Shown: positions 10,032-20,179, counted from the first letter of the stretch. The stretch is 64,000 nt of DNA from Candidatus Eiseniibacteriota bacterium (GCA_963725865.1 CAVSAC010000010.1:736001-800000); one strand, 5' to 3'. The notes: generated from the sequence alone by a model not told the origin. Numbers and translations: made by a program.

Positions 10032-11467
10032 AGCGCGCTCTGCTCGTCCTCGTCCTCGGTCTCGCGGGGCTCGCGCTGCGGGCGCCGCTCGCGTCCGCCG
10101 CCGCGTTGTCCACCGCGTTCACCTATCAGGGGAGCCTCGACCACGCGGGGGTGCCCACCAGCGTGACCTGCGCGTTCTCGTTCAAGCTGTTCGACGCGCT
10201 CAATGGCGGCAATCAGATCGGCGGCACGCTCACGCCCGCGGTCACGCTGATGGAGAACGGGCAGTTCAGCGTGCCGCTCGACTTCGGCGTCGGCGTGTTC
10301 GACGGCAACCAGCGCTGGCTCGAGATCGCGGTGCAGTGTCCCGGCGATCCCTCGTTCTCGACGCTGGCGCCACGCCAGTCGATCACCGCCACGCCCTACG
10401 CGCTGTACGCGCTCACCGGGCCGGGCGCGGGCGGCGGCTTCGTGCTGCCGTTCGCGGGCGCGGTCACGAGCCCGAGCCAGGACGCGCTGCGGATCCAGAA
10501 CAACGCCGCCAGTACCACGGTCTCCGCGATCCATGGCATCTCGGCGGCCACCACCACCGGCGGCACCGGTGCGGTTTTCGGCGAGGCCACCGGGACCTCG
10601 GGAGCGACGCTCGGCGTCTACGGGCTTGCGACCGCGAGCCCGACCGGCACCGGCGTGGTGGGAAAGGCGGGCGCGACCGGCGCCTACTTCGAGTCCTTCA
10701 GCACGACGATCGGTCCCGACTACGCGGGCGTCTACGGCGTCGCCAACGCGCACCCTGGCGTCAAAGGCATCTCGACGCTCGATGCCGGCGTGCTCGGCAG
10801 CGGGTACATCGGCGTATGGGGTCACGGATCGAACAGCTCCGGCGTGTACGGCGAGAGCGCGCCCGGCTTTCCCGGGGTGCACGGCGTCGGCACCACCGGG
10901 GACGGCACCTGGGGGATCTCGTCCAGCGGGCACGGCGTCTTCGGCCAGACCAGCTCGGCGGCGAAGGCGGGGGGCTACTTCACCAACACCGCGGGCGGCC
11001 CGGCGCTGATCGCCAACGGTACCGCGCAGGTGAAGACGCTCCAGATCCTCGGCGCCGACCTCGCCGAGAGCTTCCCGGTCCGCGCGGAAGGCGTCGAGCC
11101 GGGCACCGTGCTGGCGCTGACCGGCGATGAGCAGGGCACGCTCGCGGTGTGCGACGCGCCCTACAGTCCGCGCGTGGCGGGCGTGGCGAGCGGTGCCAAC
11201 GGCCTGCCGGCCGGCGTGGTGCTCGAGGGTCGGGAGTTCGAACGCGCCGGCAAGGTGGCGGTGGCGATGTCGGGGCGCGTGTGGGTGAAATGCGACGCCA
11301 CGAGCGGCGCCATCGGCGTCGGCGACCTGCTCACCTCCGCGCCGCGCGCGGGTCACGCGATGCGCGCTGCGGATCCCGCGCGTGCCACCGGCGCGATCCT
11401 CGGCAAGGCGATGACCTCGCTCGCGCACGGCACCGGCCTGGTGCTGGTGCTGGTGAGCCTCCAGTGA
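10028..11467 (+). CDS. Secreted fibre/tailspike-like protein: FTYQG N-terminal domain, Gly-rich GVYG repeats, C-terminal peptidase-G2-like intramolecular chaperone
   Basis: ATGA overlap with upstream gene; signal peptide; FTYQG..WLEI..PRQ..PYA domain; GADLAESF...GRVWVK...GDLL...GAILGKAM tail. Confidence 0.72.
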   Translation: MKRALLVLVLGLAGLALRAPLASAAALSTAFTYQGSLDHAGVPTSVTCAFSFKLFDALNGGNQIGGTLTPAVTLMENGQFSVPLDFGVGVFDGNQRWLEIAVQCPGDPSFSTLAPRQSITATPYALYALTGPGAGGGFVLPFAGAVTSPSQDALRIQNNAASTTVSAIHGISAATTTGGTGAVFGEATGTSGATLGVYGLATASPTGTGVVGKAGATGAYFESFSTTIGPDYAGVYGVANAHPGVKGISTLDAGVLGSGYIGVWGHGSNSSGVYGESAPGFPGVHGVGTTGDGTWGISSSGHGVFGQTSSAAKAGGYFTNTAGGPALIANGTAQVKTLQILGADLAESFPVRAEGVEPGTVLALTGDEQGTLAVCDAPYSPRVAGVASGANGLPAGVVLEGREFERAGKVAVAMSGRVWVKCDATSGAIGVGDLLTSAPRAGHAMRAADPARATGAILGKAMTSLAHGTGLVLVLVSLQ

Positions 11468-13332
11468 GCGCGCGCGCGCAGTCCGTCGCGCGGACAAGCG
11501 CGGCGGCGTTCGCGCTGATGCTGTCGGCGCAGGTCGCCGGCGCCGTCGGGGTGGCATCCCCGGCGGCCGCGCGTCCGTCGCCCGCGCCCGCGCGCACCGC
11601 GGCGGTCGCCGCGCTCACGTCCGCGCTGGTCGCCTCGTCCGGCGGCGCGGCGGCGGCGGAGCTGCGCACCTCGTGGTCGCCGTCGGGAGCGCTCACGTAC
11701 CTGGGCGCCCCGGGCGGCACGGCGTTCGCGGCTCCGGAGCGGCACCCCGGCCAGCCGGAGGTCGCCGCGCGCGCGTTCGTGCTCGCGCATCGCGACCTGT
11801 TCGGGCTCGGCGGGGCCGGCGCCGACCTGCGCGCCGGGCGCGTGAAGGACCGCGGCGCGCGCCGGTTCACGCGTCTCGACCAGACTCATTTCGACGCGAA
11901 GGTGTTCGGCGCCGAGGCGGTGGTGCAGCAGGATCCCCAGGACGACGTCCAAGCGGTGATCGCCACGCTCGCGGTCGAGGACGGCGATCTGCCGACCGAC
12001 GCCGCGGCCGCCCGGCCGGGGCTCGATGCCACCGCGGCGGCCACGCGCGCCCGCACCCGCGCGGCGGAGCGCGGGGCCTCGCCGTCGGTGAGCATCGGCG
12101 CGCCGGAGCTGGTGTGGTTCGTGCCGCGGCTGATCGGCGATCCGGGGCCCACGCGTCTGGCCTGGGAGGTCGAGGTGCACGACCCCGACTCGCCCGCGCT
12201 GCACGCGCGCTGGTTCCTCGACGCGGCGAACGGCGAGCTGGTGCGCGAGCTGTCGCTGGCGGAGGACGCCCGGGTGCGCCGCATCTACGACATGGCCAGC
12301 GACACCAGCCAGCACACGCCGCCGGTGGCGCGCGGCGAGGGCGGACCCGCGACCGGGATCGCGCAGGTCGACCTGGCGTACCAGTACCTGGGCCTCACCT
12401 ACGACTTCTACGCCGCGCAGAACGGCCGCGACGGCATGAACGGCGCCGGACTTTCGATGGACGCGTGGGTGCGGGTGTGCACCCGGGTGCCGAATTACCA
12501 GTGCCCGTGGCAGAACGCGAGCTGGAACGGCTCCCTCCTGCAGTTCGGCGACGGCTGGGTGGCCGACGACATCGTGGCGCACGAGTTCACCCACGGCGTC
12601 ACGCAGTACGAGTCGAACCTGGTGTACGCGAACGAATCGGGGGCGATCAACGAGGCGCTGTCCGACATCTTCGGCGAGTTCGTCGATCTCGACGACGGCG
12701 TCGGCAACGACGCGGCGGGCGTCCGCTGGCAGGTCGGGGAGGACGGCATCGCCGGCACGCTGCGCTCGATGAGCAACCCGCCGCAGTTCGGCGATCCCGA
12801 CCGGCGCAACAGCTTCTTCTACTACACCGGGACCGACGACGACGGCGGCGTGCACACCAACAGCGGCGTCGCGAACAAGCTGTGCTTCCTGCTCACCGAC
12901 GGCCAGGCGTTCAATGGCCAGGTGGTGAGCGGCATGGGCTGGGCCGCCGTCGAGCAGTTGTTCTACGAGGCGCAGACCAACCTGCTCACCTCGACCGCCG
13001 GCTGGCTGGCGCTCGGCACCGCGCTCGAGCAGTCGGCCATCAACCTCGGCTGGAGCACCGCCGACCAGAACAACCTCTACCACGCCATCCTCGCGGTCGA
13101 GATCGCAGGCAACGCCGACATCGTGTGGGTGGACCTCACCAGCGGCTGCGCCCCGACCGGGCACTCGGTCTGCGGCGCGATCACCGGCCCCTACCACACC
13201 ATCGGGCAGGCGATGACCCTCACCCGCGTGGGCTCGACGGTGATCGTGCGCCCGGGCACCTATCACGCGACGGCGCTCTCGAAGGCCATGACCATCACCG
13301 CCGAGAGCGGCGGGGTGACCGTGGTCCCGTGA
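11464..13332 (+). CDS. Thermolysin-family (M4) metalloprotease with FTP/PepSY propeptide
   Basis: GTGA overlap; NASW, HEFTH, GAINEALSD and GVHTNSG motifs; short C-terminal extension (PYHTIGQA...VRPGTY). Confidence 0.9.
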   Translation: MSARAQSVARTSAAAFALMLSAQVAGAVGVASPAAARPSPAPARTAAVAALTSALVASSGGAAAAELRTSWSPSGALTYLGAPGGTAFAAPERHPGQPEVAARAFVLAHRDLFGLGGAGADLRAGRVKDRGARRFTRLDQTHFDAKVFGAEAVVQQDPQDDVQAVIATLAVEDGDLPTDAAAARPGLDATAAATRARTRAAERGASPSVSIGAPELVWFVPRLIGDPGPTRLAWEVEVHDPDSPALHARWFLDAANGELVRELSLAEDARVRRIYDMASDTSQHTPPVARGEGGPATGIAQVDLAYQYLGLTYDFYAAQNGRDGMNGAGLSMDAWVRVCTRVPNYQCPWQNASWNGSLLQFGDGWVADDIVAHEFTHGVTQYESNLVYANESGAINEALSDIFGEFVDLDDGVGNDAAGVRWQVGEDGIAGTLRSMSNPPQFGDPDRRNSFFYYTGTDDDGGVHTNSGVANKLCFLLTDGQAFNGQVVSGMGWAAVEQLFYEAQTNLLTSTAGWLALGTALEQSAINLGWSTADQNNLYHAILAVEIAGNADIVWVDLTSGCAPTGHSVCGAITGPYHTIGQAMTLTRVGSTVIVRPGTYHATALSKAMTITAESGGVTVVP

Positions 13333-13400
13333 CGTGTCCTGTCGTGGCATGGAGGCCTGCGCTATCCTCGTCGGCGCCTACGCGCCCGGAACGGTGGACG

Positions 13401-13430
13401 GGGAGGCACGCGATCCCGCGCGTGCCTCCC
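13401..13430 (+). other. Perfect 12-bp hairpin between M4 gene and ECF sigma gene
   Basis: gggaggcacgcg / cgcgtgcctccc with 6-nt loop; terminator or leader structure. Confidence 0.45.
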
Positions 13431-13472
13431 ACCCATCCCCACCCGGGTGCTTCGCCTCGGGGACCTCGCGGG

Positions 13473-14072
13473 ATGATCGATCCGCCGGCCGGCAGCGAAC
13501 CTCTCGACTCGACCGCCACTCTGCTCACGCTCGCGCGCGGCGGCGACGGCGACGCGCGCGAACGCCTGTTCGAGCGCTTCCTGCCGGTGCTGCGCCGCTG
13601 GGCGCACCGGCGGCTGCCGCCGCGCGCGCGCGGCCTCGCCGACACCGACGATCTCGTGCAGGTCACGCTCACGCGCGCGCTCGCCCGCCTGCCCGACCTC
13701 GAGCCGCGCCAGGAGGGCAGCTTCCTCGCGTACCTGCGCCGCATCCTGCTCAACGCCGTGCGCGAGGAGATCCGACGCTCCGCGCGGCGCGGCGAGCACG
13801 GCGAGCTGGGCGAGGAGCTGGCGGACCCGCGCGCCTCGGTGGTCGACGAGGTGCTCGGCCGCGAGAAGATGCGCCGCTACGAGGCGGCGCTCGCCCGGCT
13901 CGGCGACGAGCAGCAGCAGGCGGTGATCCTGCGGCTGGAGTTCGGCTACGCACACGCCCAGATCGCCGAGGCGCTCGGCAAGCGCAGCGCCGACGCGGCG
14001 CGCATGACGGTGGTGCGCGCGCTGATGCAGATGGCACGCGCCATGGAGGAGCACGATGAGTCCGATGCCTGA
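13473..14072 (+). CDS. ECF sigma factor (module 1)
   Basis: Region 2 (DTDDLVQ...FLAYLRRILLN) and region 4 (QQQAVILR...AQIAEALG...ARMTVVRAL). Confidence 0.9.
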   Translation: MIDPPAGSEPLDSTATLLTLARGGDGDARERLFERFLPVLRRWAHRRLPPRARGLADTDDLVQVTLTRALARLPDLEPRQEGSFLAYLRRILLNAVREEIRRSARRGEHGELGEELADPRASVVDEVLGREKMRRYEAALARLGDEQQQAVILRLEFGYAHAQIAEALGKRSADAARMTVVRALMQMARAMEEHDESDA

Positions 14073-15876
14073 GCCTCCGCGCCCCGACGACCTGGAGCTG
14101 ATGCGGCTGGCCGAGTCGATCGCCGACGACACGCCGCGCCCGGTGAGCGCCGACGGCGCGAGCAGCCCGCTGCTGCGTCACCTCGAGGTGATCGCCGAGG
14201 CGGCCGCGGCGTTCCGCGGCGCCGGTCCCGAGCCGGCGGCCGGCGGGACACCCGCGCTGTTCGCGTGGGGACCGCTCGAGGTGCGGCGCGCGCTCGGCGA
14301 GGGCAGCTTCGGCACCGTGTACGCGGCCTGGGACCCGCGGCTGCAGCGCGAGGTGGCGCTCAAGCTGCGCCACGACGACGCCGGCAGCGCACGCCGCTGG
14401 CTCGACGAAGCTCGCGCGCTGGCGCGGGTGCGCCATCCCAACGTGCTGACGGTGCACGGCGCCGACGAGCACGACGGGCGCGTCGGGATGTGGACCGATC
14501 TCGTGGTGGGGCGCGACCTCGAGGCGATCCTGCAGCGGCACGGCCCGTTCTCGGCGCGCGAGGCGTCCGCGGTCGGACTCGAGCTGTGCGCGGCGCTCGC
14601 GGCGGTTCACGCGCGCGGCCTGGTGCACGGCGACGTGAAGACCCGCAATGTGATGCGCGACGAGGGTGACGACTCGCCCGGCCGCATCGTGCTGATGGAC
14701 TTCGGCTCGGCGCACGACGCCGCGCTCGCGATGACGGCGGGGCGCGACGCGTCCATCGGCACTCCGCTCGCGATGGCGCCCGAAGTGCTGCGCGGCGAGC
14801 CCGCCACGCCGGCCGCGGATCTCTATTCGCTCGGGGTGCTGCTGTTCCGGCTCGCGACCGGGCGCTATCCGATCGAGGCCGCGACGCTCGACGAGCTGCG
14901 GCAGAAGCACGCGCAGCGCGCCCGCGCCTCGCTGCGCTCGCTGCGCCCCGAGCTGCCGCGCGGCTTCGTGCGGGCGGTCGAGCAGGCGCTGGCGCCCGCG
15001 CCCCGCGAGCGGTTCGCCGATGCCGCCGCGTTCGAGCGGGCGCTGCAGGCACCGGACGCGGCGCGTGCCGCGACCGCAGCTCGGCGCCCGCTGACGCTCG
15101 CGGTCGCCGCCCTCGCGGCGCTCGCCGTCGTCGCGCTGCTGGTGGTGGCTCCGTGGCGTCCGCGCCCGCGCGGGGGTGCGGGCGCAGGAGCCGCCGCGCC
15201 TGCGGGCACGACCGCGTCCACGGCGATCCCCTCCGCTCCCACCCGCGGCTCCACCGCGTCCGCCGGCGCCGCGCTCACGGTGGCCCCGCCCGCCGGATCC
15301 CAGGTCGGACTGCAGGCCGAGGCCACGCTGTATCGCACCCGCGCCGGCGAGGTCGTGGGACTCGCCTCGGGTGGCGAGATCGAGCCGGGCGACCGCCTCC
15401 ACCTGCTGGTCGCGAGCCCCGAGGCGGTGCACGCCTACGTGCTCGACGAGGACGGCGCCGGCCACGTGGTGGTGCTGTTCCCGTGCGCGGGCGCCGAGGA
15501 GCGCAACCCGCTCGCTCCGGGGGCGTCCCATCGACTGCCGGGCGCCGGAGCGCGACGCGAGCTCAATTGGCTGGTGACGAGCGCCGAGGGCCGTGAGACC
15601 TTTCTGATCGTGATCGCGCGCCGACCGCTCGAGGACCTCGAGCACACGGTCGCGGCGCTGCCGCAGGCGGGATCCGCCGGTGGACTCCAGTACGCCGCGC
15701 TCGACGAGGACCAGCTGCGCCGCCTGCGCGGGGTCACGCGCATCACCCACGACCCGGCGCCGAACACCCCGGCGGATCCGGGCCGGCTCGCCTCGCTCGC
15801 GCGCGCCCTCGGCGCGCGCGCCGACGCGACCGACCTGTGGATCCGACTCGTCCAGGTCGAGAACCCGAAGGACTAG
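14056..15876 (+). CDS. Membrane Ser/Thr protein kinase with extracytoplasmic DUF4384-like domain
   Basis: GEGSFG, VALK, HGDVKTRN, DFG and APE motifs; TM helix; C-terminal GDRLHL..HAYVL..VVVLFP..GRETFLIV segment resembling DUF4384; overlaps sigma gene. Confidence 0.88.
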   Translation: MSPMPEPPRPDDLELMRLAESIADDTPRPVSADGASSPLLRHLEVIAEAAAAFRGAGPEPAAGGTPALFAWGPLEVRRALGEGSFGTVYAAWDPRLQREVALKLRHDDAGSARRWLDEARALARVRHPNVLTVHGADEHDGRVGMWTDLVVGRDLEAILQRHGPFSAREASAVGLELCAALAAVHARGLVHGDVKTRNVMRDEGDDSPGRIVLMDFGSAHDAALAMTAGRDASIGTPLAMAPEVLRGEPATPAADLYSLGVLLFRLATGRYPIEAATLDELRQKHAQRARASLRSLRPELPRGFVRAVEQALAPAPRERFADAAAFERALQAPDAARAATAARRPLTLAVAALAALAVVALLVVAPWRPRPRGGAGAGAAAPAGTTASTAIPSAPTRGSTASAGAALTVAPPAGSQVGLQAEATLYRTRAGEVVGLASGGEIEPGDRLHLLVASPEAVHAYVLDEDGAGHVVVLFPCAGAEERNPLAPGASHRLPGAGARRELNWLVTSAEGRETFLIVIARRPLEDLEHTVAALPQAGSAGGLQYAALDEDQLRRLRGVTRITHDPAPNTPADPGRLASLARALGARADATDLWIRLVQVENPKD

Positions 15877-15902
15877 AGAGCGCGCCTTCCGTGACCCCTC
15901 GG

Positions 15903-18900
15903 ATGCTCGGCCGACTCGTGTTCCTCGCGACGCTGCCACTGGCGGCGGCGTTGGTGGCGCTGCCGGCTGCGGCGCGCGCGCCGGATGCGCGTGCGTGGCT
16001 GGCGCTCGCGCGTATCCAATGGGACGCCGCGCGCTATCGCGACGCCGACAGCCTGACCTGGCTCGCGGTCGCCGACCTGCGGGCCCGTCCGCCGCGCTCC
16101 GAGCGCGAGCGCCTCGCGCTGACCGACGCGATCGTGCGCTGCGCGCGGCCCGCGACCGCCGCCGGCTGCGACACCGTGATGGCGTGGGCGCGCTGGGTGG
16201 CCGACCGGCACGACGCCGAGCGCACCGGGAGCGCGCGCGAGCAGGCGTGGCTGCTGGCCGGGCGTGCCTGTCAGCGCGCCAGCCACGGGGACTCGGCGGC
16301 GGCGTGCTTCGAGCGCGCGGCCGCCGCCTTGCGCGCGCGGCCGGATCACACCGCGGACGACGAGGCGCGCCTGCTCGCGCGCATCGCGAGTTACCACCTG
16401 GCGAACGGGCGCACCCGCGACATGGCCCGCTACGCGACGGCGGCGATCGAGGCATGGGACCGCGCCCCCGGCGCGGATTCGCTCACGCTCGCCTTCGCGC
16501 TGGTGTCGCGCGCCCGCATGCGCGCCGAGCGGGGCGCGGCGGACTCGGCCGGCGCCGACCTGGAGGTCGCGCAGCGGGTGCTGCTGACGCGGCTGGGACC
16601 GGATCACGGCGAGCTCGTCTCCCTGTGGCAGACCATCGCGTCGGTGCGCGCCGTGTACGACGACCCCCGGGGCTGCACCGCGGCGATGGCCGAGGCCCTG
16701 CGCATCAACGCGCTCACGCGCCCGCCCGGCGATCAGGAGTTCGGCTTCCTCTACACCCAGGCGAGCGCGTTGTGGAGCGCCTCCGGGGACTACGTGGAGG
16801 CGTGCCGCTACGGCCGGCTCGCGGTGAGCGCCTCCGAGACGCGCTTCGGGCGCGAGAGCGTGCCGGCCGCGCGCAGCCGGCTGGCGCTCGCCAACAGCCT
16901 GCGCCAGCTCGGCGACCGGGCCTCGGCGCTCGCCGAGGCGCGCGAGGCGCTCGCGATCGAAACTCGCATCCTGCCGGAGCTGAACGGAGAGCGCGCCTAC
17001 GCGCTCAGCGTGCTCGGCGCGGTCGAGCTGGATCTCGAGCAGTACGCCGAGGGCTACCAGCACTACCGCGACTCCGCGCGGATCCGCGAGGCGCTGCTGG
17101 GCCCGGAGCATCCGTCCACGCTGCACTCGCTCACCGAGCAGGGCGAGGGCGCGCTCGGGCTCGGCCGCGTCGCGGAGGCGCAGGCGCTGCTCGATCGCGT
17201 GGCCCGCGCCGAGGAGGCACAGGGCCACAGCACCACGCTGCTCGACACCTGGTGCCTGCTCGCCGAGACCCAGCTGCTCGGCGGGCGCGACTCGCTCGCG
17301 CTCGCCACCATGGACCGGGTGGTGAGCGTGGCCGACACGATGTACGGCGCCACCAGCGCGCCCGCGCGGCACCACCGCTGGAACCGGCTGCCGTTCCTGC
17401 GCCATCGGGGCCACGTCGCGCAGGCCCTCGACGAGGCCCTGGCGCTGTCGGTGCTCGAGCGCGAACAGCTCGGCTGGACCAGCATGGCGGTGCCCGAGCG
17501 CGAGGCGCTGGCGGCGGCCGAAGTGCACTCCGACGCGCTCGCCGCCGCGATCGAGCTGGCGTGCTCGCCCGGGCTGCCGGCGGACGCGGCGCGACGCGCC
17601 TGGGATGAGCTCGCGCGCTCGCGCGCGCTGGTGTTCCGCATCCAGGCCGAGCGCCGCGAGCGCCGCGGCGCGAGCGACGCCGGCGCCCGGGCCGCGTTCG
17701 CGCAGGTCGACTCCACCCGCGCCGCGCTCGCGCGCGAGGTGATGGAGCCGATCGAGGGAACGGCGGTGAAGCGGGCGGAGCGCCTCGATTCGCTGCGCCG
17801 CGCGGCGGAGGAGTCGGAGCGCGCGCTGGCGGCCCGACTGCCGGCGCACGCCGACGACGCGCGCGCTCCGGGGATCGCCGCGCTCCTCGCGACGCTGGCG
17901 CCCGACGAGCGACTCGTCGCGTTCGCGCGCTTCAAGCGACTGGAGGCCGACTCCCCGTCCGCCGTGCCGGGCGGCGAGCGCCCGCTGGCGTACGCGGCAT
18001 TCGTGGGGGATCGCGGCGGTCGCGTGGTGGCGGTGCCGCTCGGCGACGCCGCGCCGCTCGAGGCGCGGGTGGCGCGCTGGTTCGCGCTGGTCACCCGCGC
18101 CGCCCATGACTCGACCGGAGAGGCGGCGCTGGAGCGGCGCACCGCAGAGGCGGGCGAGGCGGTGCGCCGCGGCTTCTGGGATCCGCTGGCGCCTCGCCTG
18201 GCCGCCGCGCGACGCGTGGACGTGGTCCCCGAGGGCGCGGTCACCAGCGTGGACTTCGCGGCGCTGCCGGCGCGGCGGGCCACGACGCTCGCCGAGGCCG
18301 GGCCGCTGATCGTGCCGCTCGCCACCGAGCGCGACGTGCTCCCGCAGCCCCACGCGGGGCGCGGCATGCTGGTGCTCGGCGCGCCGGATTTCGACCGCGG
18401 CGGCGCGGCGGCCGAGCCGCTGGCCGCGACCGTGGAGCGCTCCGCGATCCCGGATTCGCTGCGCCTGCACTTCGGCGCGCTGCCCGAGAGCGGCGAGGAG
18501 GCGCGCGAGGCGCTGGCGGCGTTCGACGGTGCCGGAGCGGAGGGGGCGCCCCGGGAGCTGCGGCTCGGCGCGGACGCGAGCGAGGCGGCGCTGCGCCGCG
18601 AGGCGCCCGGCTGCGGACTGCTCCATGTCGCGACCCATGGATTCCTGATCGATGGCGAGCGGCTCGTCGCGCCGGCGACGGGCGAACGCGGCGTGAGCGC
18701 GATCGTCGAGTCGCCGTCCGCCCGCCGCGCGCTGGTCGGAGGCGTGGACTGGTCGGTGGCGGGCCTCGCGCTCGCGGGGGCGAACGTCGCCGGGCCGCGA
18801 TCGCCCGCGGCCGACGACGGCTACCTCACCGGCGCCGAGATCGTCACGCTCGACCTGCGCCCGGTGCGCTGCGCGGTGCTCTCGGCGTGCCGCACCGGCG

Positions 18901-19178
18901 CGGCCCGCGCCGACCGGTTCGAGAGCCTGCAGGGCCTGGAGCGCGCGTTCCGCGGCGCCGGCGTGGGCCAGGTGGTGATGAGCCTGTGGCCGGTCGACGA
19001 CGCCGACGCGCGCGCGTGGATGCGCGCGTTCTATCGCGAGCACCTCGGTCGCGGCCGCTCGGTGGCCGAGGCGGTGCGCGCCGCCGATCTCGAACGCCTG
19101 CGCGCGCTGCGGAGCCCGGGGCGCACGCCGCGCCCGGCGCGCTGGGCTCCGTTCTTCGTGCGCGGCGAGCGCGACTGA
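15903..19178 (+). CDS. Exported TPR-repeat CHAT-domain (caspase-like, clan CD) protease (module 1)
   Basis: Signal peptide, TPR-like helices (LLGPEHPST), LHVATHG (His), LSACRTG (Cys), SLWPVDD, WAPF. Confidence 0.9.
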   Translation: MLGRLVFLATLPLAAALVALPAAARAPDARAWLALARIQWDAARYRDADSLTWLAVADLRARPPRSERERLALTDAIVRCARPATAAGCDTVMAWARWVADRHDAERTGSAREQAWLLAGRACQRASHGDSAAACFERAAAALRARPDHTADDEARLLARIASYHLANGRTRDMARYATAAIEAWDRAPGADSLTLAFALVSRARMRAERGAADSAGADLEVAQRVLLTRLGPDHGELVSLWQTIASVRAVYDDPRGCTAAMAEALRINALTRPPGDQEFGFLYTQASALWSASGDYVEACRYGRLAVSASETRFGRESVPAARSRLALANSLRQLGDRASALAEAREALAIETRILPELNGERAYALSVLGAVELDLEQYAEGYQHYRDSARIREALLGPEHPSTLHSLTEQGEGALGLGRVAEAQALLDRVARAEEAQGHSTTLLDTWCLLAETQLLGGRDSLALATMDRVVSVADTMYGATSAPARHHRWNRLPFLRHRGHVAQALDEALALSVLEREQLGWTSMAVPEREALAAAEVHSDALAAAIELACSPGLPADAARRAWDELARSRALVFRIQAERRERRGASDAGARAAFAQVDSTRAALAREVMEPIEGTAVKRAERLDSLRRAAEESERALAARLPAHADDARAPGIAALLATLAPDERLVAFARFKRLEADSPSAVPGGERPLAYAAFVGDRGGRVVAVPLGDAAPLEARVARWFALVTRAAHDSTGEAALERRTAEAGEAVRRGFWDPLAPRLAAARRVDVVPEGAVTSVDFAALPARRATTLAEAGPLIVPLATERDVLPQPHAGRGMLVLGAPDFDRGGAAAEPLAATVERSAIPDSLRLHFGALPESGEEAREALAAFDGAGAEGAPRELRLGADASEAALRREAPGCGLLHVATHGFLIDGERLVAPATGERGVSAIVESPSARRALVGGVDWSVAGLALAGANVAGPRSPAADDGYLTGAEIVTLDLRPVRCAVLSACRTGAARADRFESLQGLERAFRGAGVGQVVMSLWPVDDADARAWMRAFYREHLGRGRSVAEAVRAADLERLRALRSPGRTPRPARWAPFFVRGERD

Positions 19179-19264
19179 GTCGTGCGCGCCGCGATCCGCG
19201 CCGTGTCGGCGCCCGTTCGCCCGGGCCATCGCCCGTTCGCCACTCCCGACTCCGAGGATCCGCC

Positions 19265-20170
19265 ATGGAAGCCCGCGCGCTCGCCCGTGCCACCCGCAAG
19301 CTGAGCCGTCGCTATCGCGTCACCGACGGCAAGGGATTCCGACTTTCCGCGTTCGATCCCGCCGACACCGGGGAGCTCGGCGACCAGGACAAGCCGCAGG
19401 TCCGCGAGCAGCTCGCGCGCGGCATCGAGGCGCTCGCGGGCTTGCAGGACATGCTCTACGCGCAGGACCGCTGGTCGTTGCTGCTGATCTTCCAGGCGAT
19501 GGACGCCGCCGGCAAGGACGGCACCATCAAGCACGTCATGTCCGGCATCAATCCCCAGGGCTGCCAGGTCGCGTCATTCAAGGCGCCCTCGCCGCAGGAG
19601 CTGGACCACGACTACCTGTGGCGCTGCCAGCGCGAGCTGCCGGAGCGCGGCCGCATCGGCATCTTCAACCGCTCGTACTACGAGGAGGTGCTGGTGGTGC
19701 GGGTGCACCCCGAGTACCTCACCGGCGAGCGACTGCCGCCCGCGCAGGTGGACGACCGCATCTGGGAGCGCCGCTTCGCCGACATCCGCGCGTTCGAGCG
19801 CCACCTCACCCGCAACGGCACGGTGATCCGCAAGTTCTTCCTGAACGTCTCGCGCAAGGAGCAGAAGCGCCGCTTCCTGGCACGGCTCGAGGACCCGACC
19901 AAGCAATGGAAGTTCTCGGCCGCCGACGTGCGGGAGCGCGCGCACTGGAAGGCGTACATGCACGCGTACGAGGAGATGATCCGGGCCACCGCCACCGAGG
20001 ACGCGCCGTGGTACGTGGTGCCGGCGGACCACAAGTGGTTCACGCACGCGGTGGTCGCCTCGACGGTGGTCGACACGCTGGACCGGCTCGATGTCGCCTA
20101 TCCCACGCTCGACAAGGCGCAGCGGGCGGCGCTCGCCGTCGCGCGCAAGGAGCTGCTCGCCGAGCGCTAG
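19265..20170 (+). CDS. ppk2: Polyphosphate kinase 2 family protein
   Basis: QAMDAAGKDG Walker A, FNRSYYEEVL, WKFS, APWYVVPADHKW. Confidence 0.92.
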   Translation: MEARALARATRKLSRRYRVTDGKGFRLSAFDPADTGELGDQDKPQVREQLARGIEALAGLQDMLYAQDRWSLLLIFQAMDAAGKDGTIKHVMSGINPQGCQVASFKAPSPQELDHDYLWRCQRELPERGRIGIFNRSYYEEVLVVRVHPEYLTGERLPPAQVDDRIWERRFADIRAFERHLTRNGTVIRKFFLNVSRKEQKRRFLARLEDPTKQWKFSAADVRERAHWKAYMHAYEEMIRATATEDAPWYVVPADHKWFTHAVVASTVVDTLDRLDVAYPTLDKAQRAALAVARKELLAER

Positions 20171-20179
20171 CGCTCGGCG

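Noticed and set aside
10028..11467. Prophage remnant suggested by tailspike-like protein
   Set aside because: Has a Sec signal peptide, sits in a cellular operon, and has no phage structural or integrase genes nearby.
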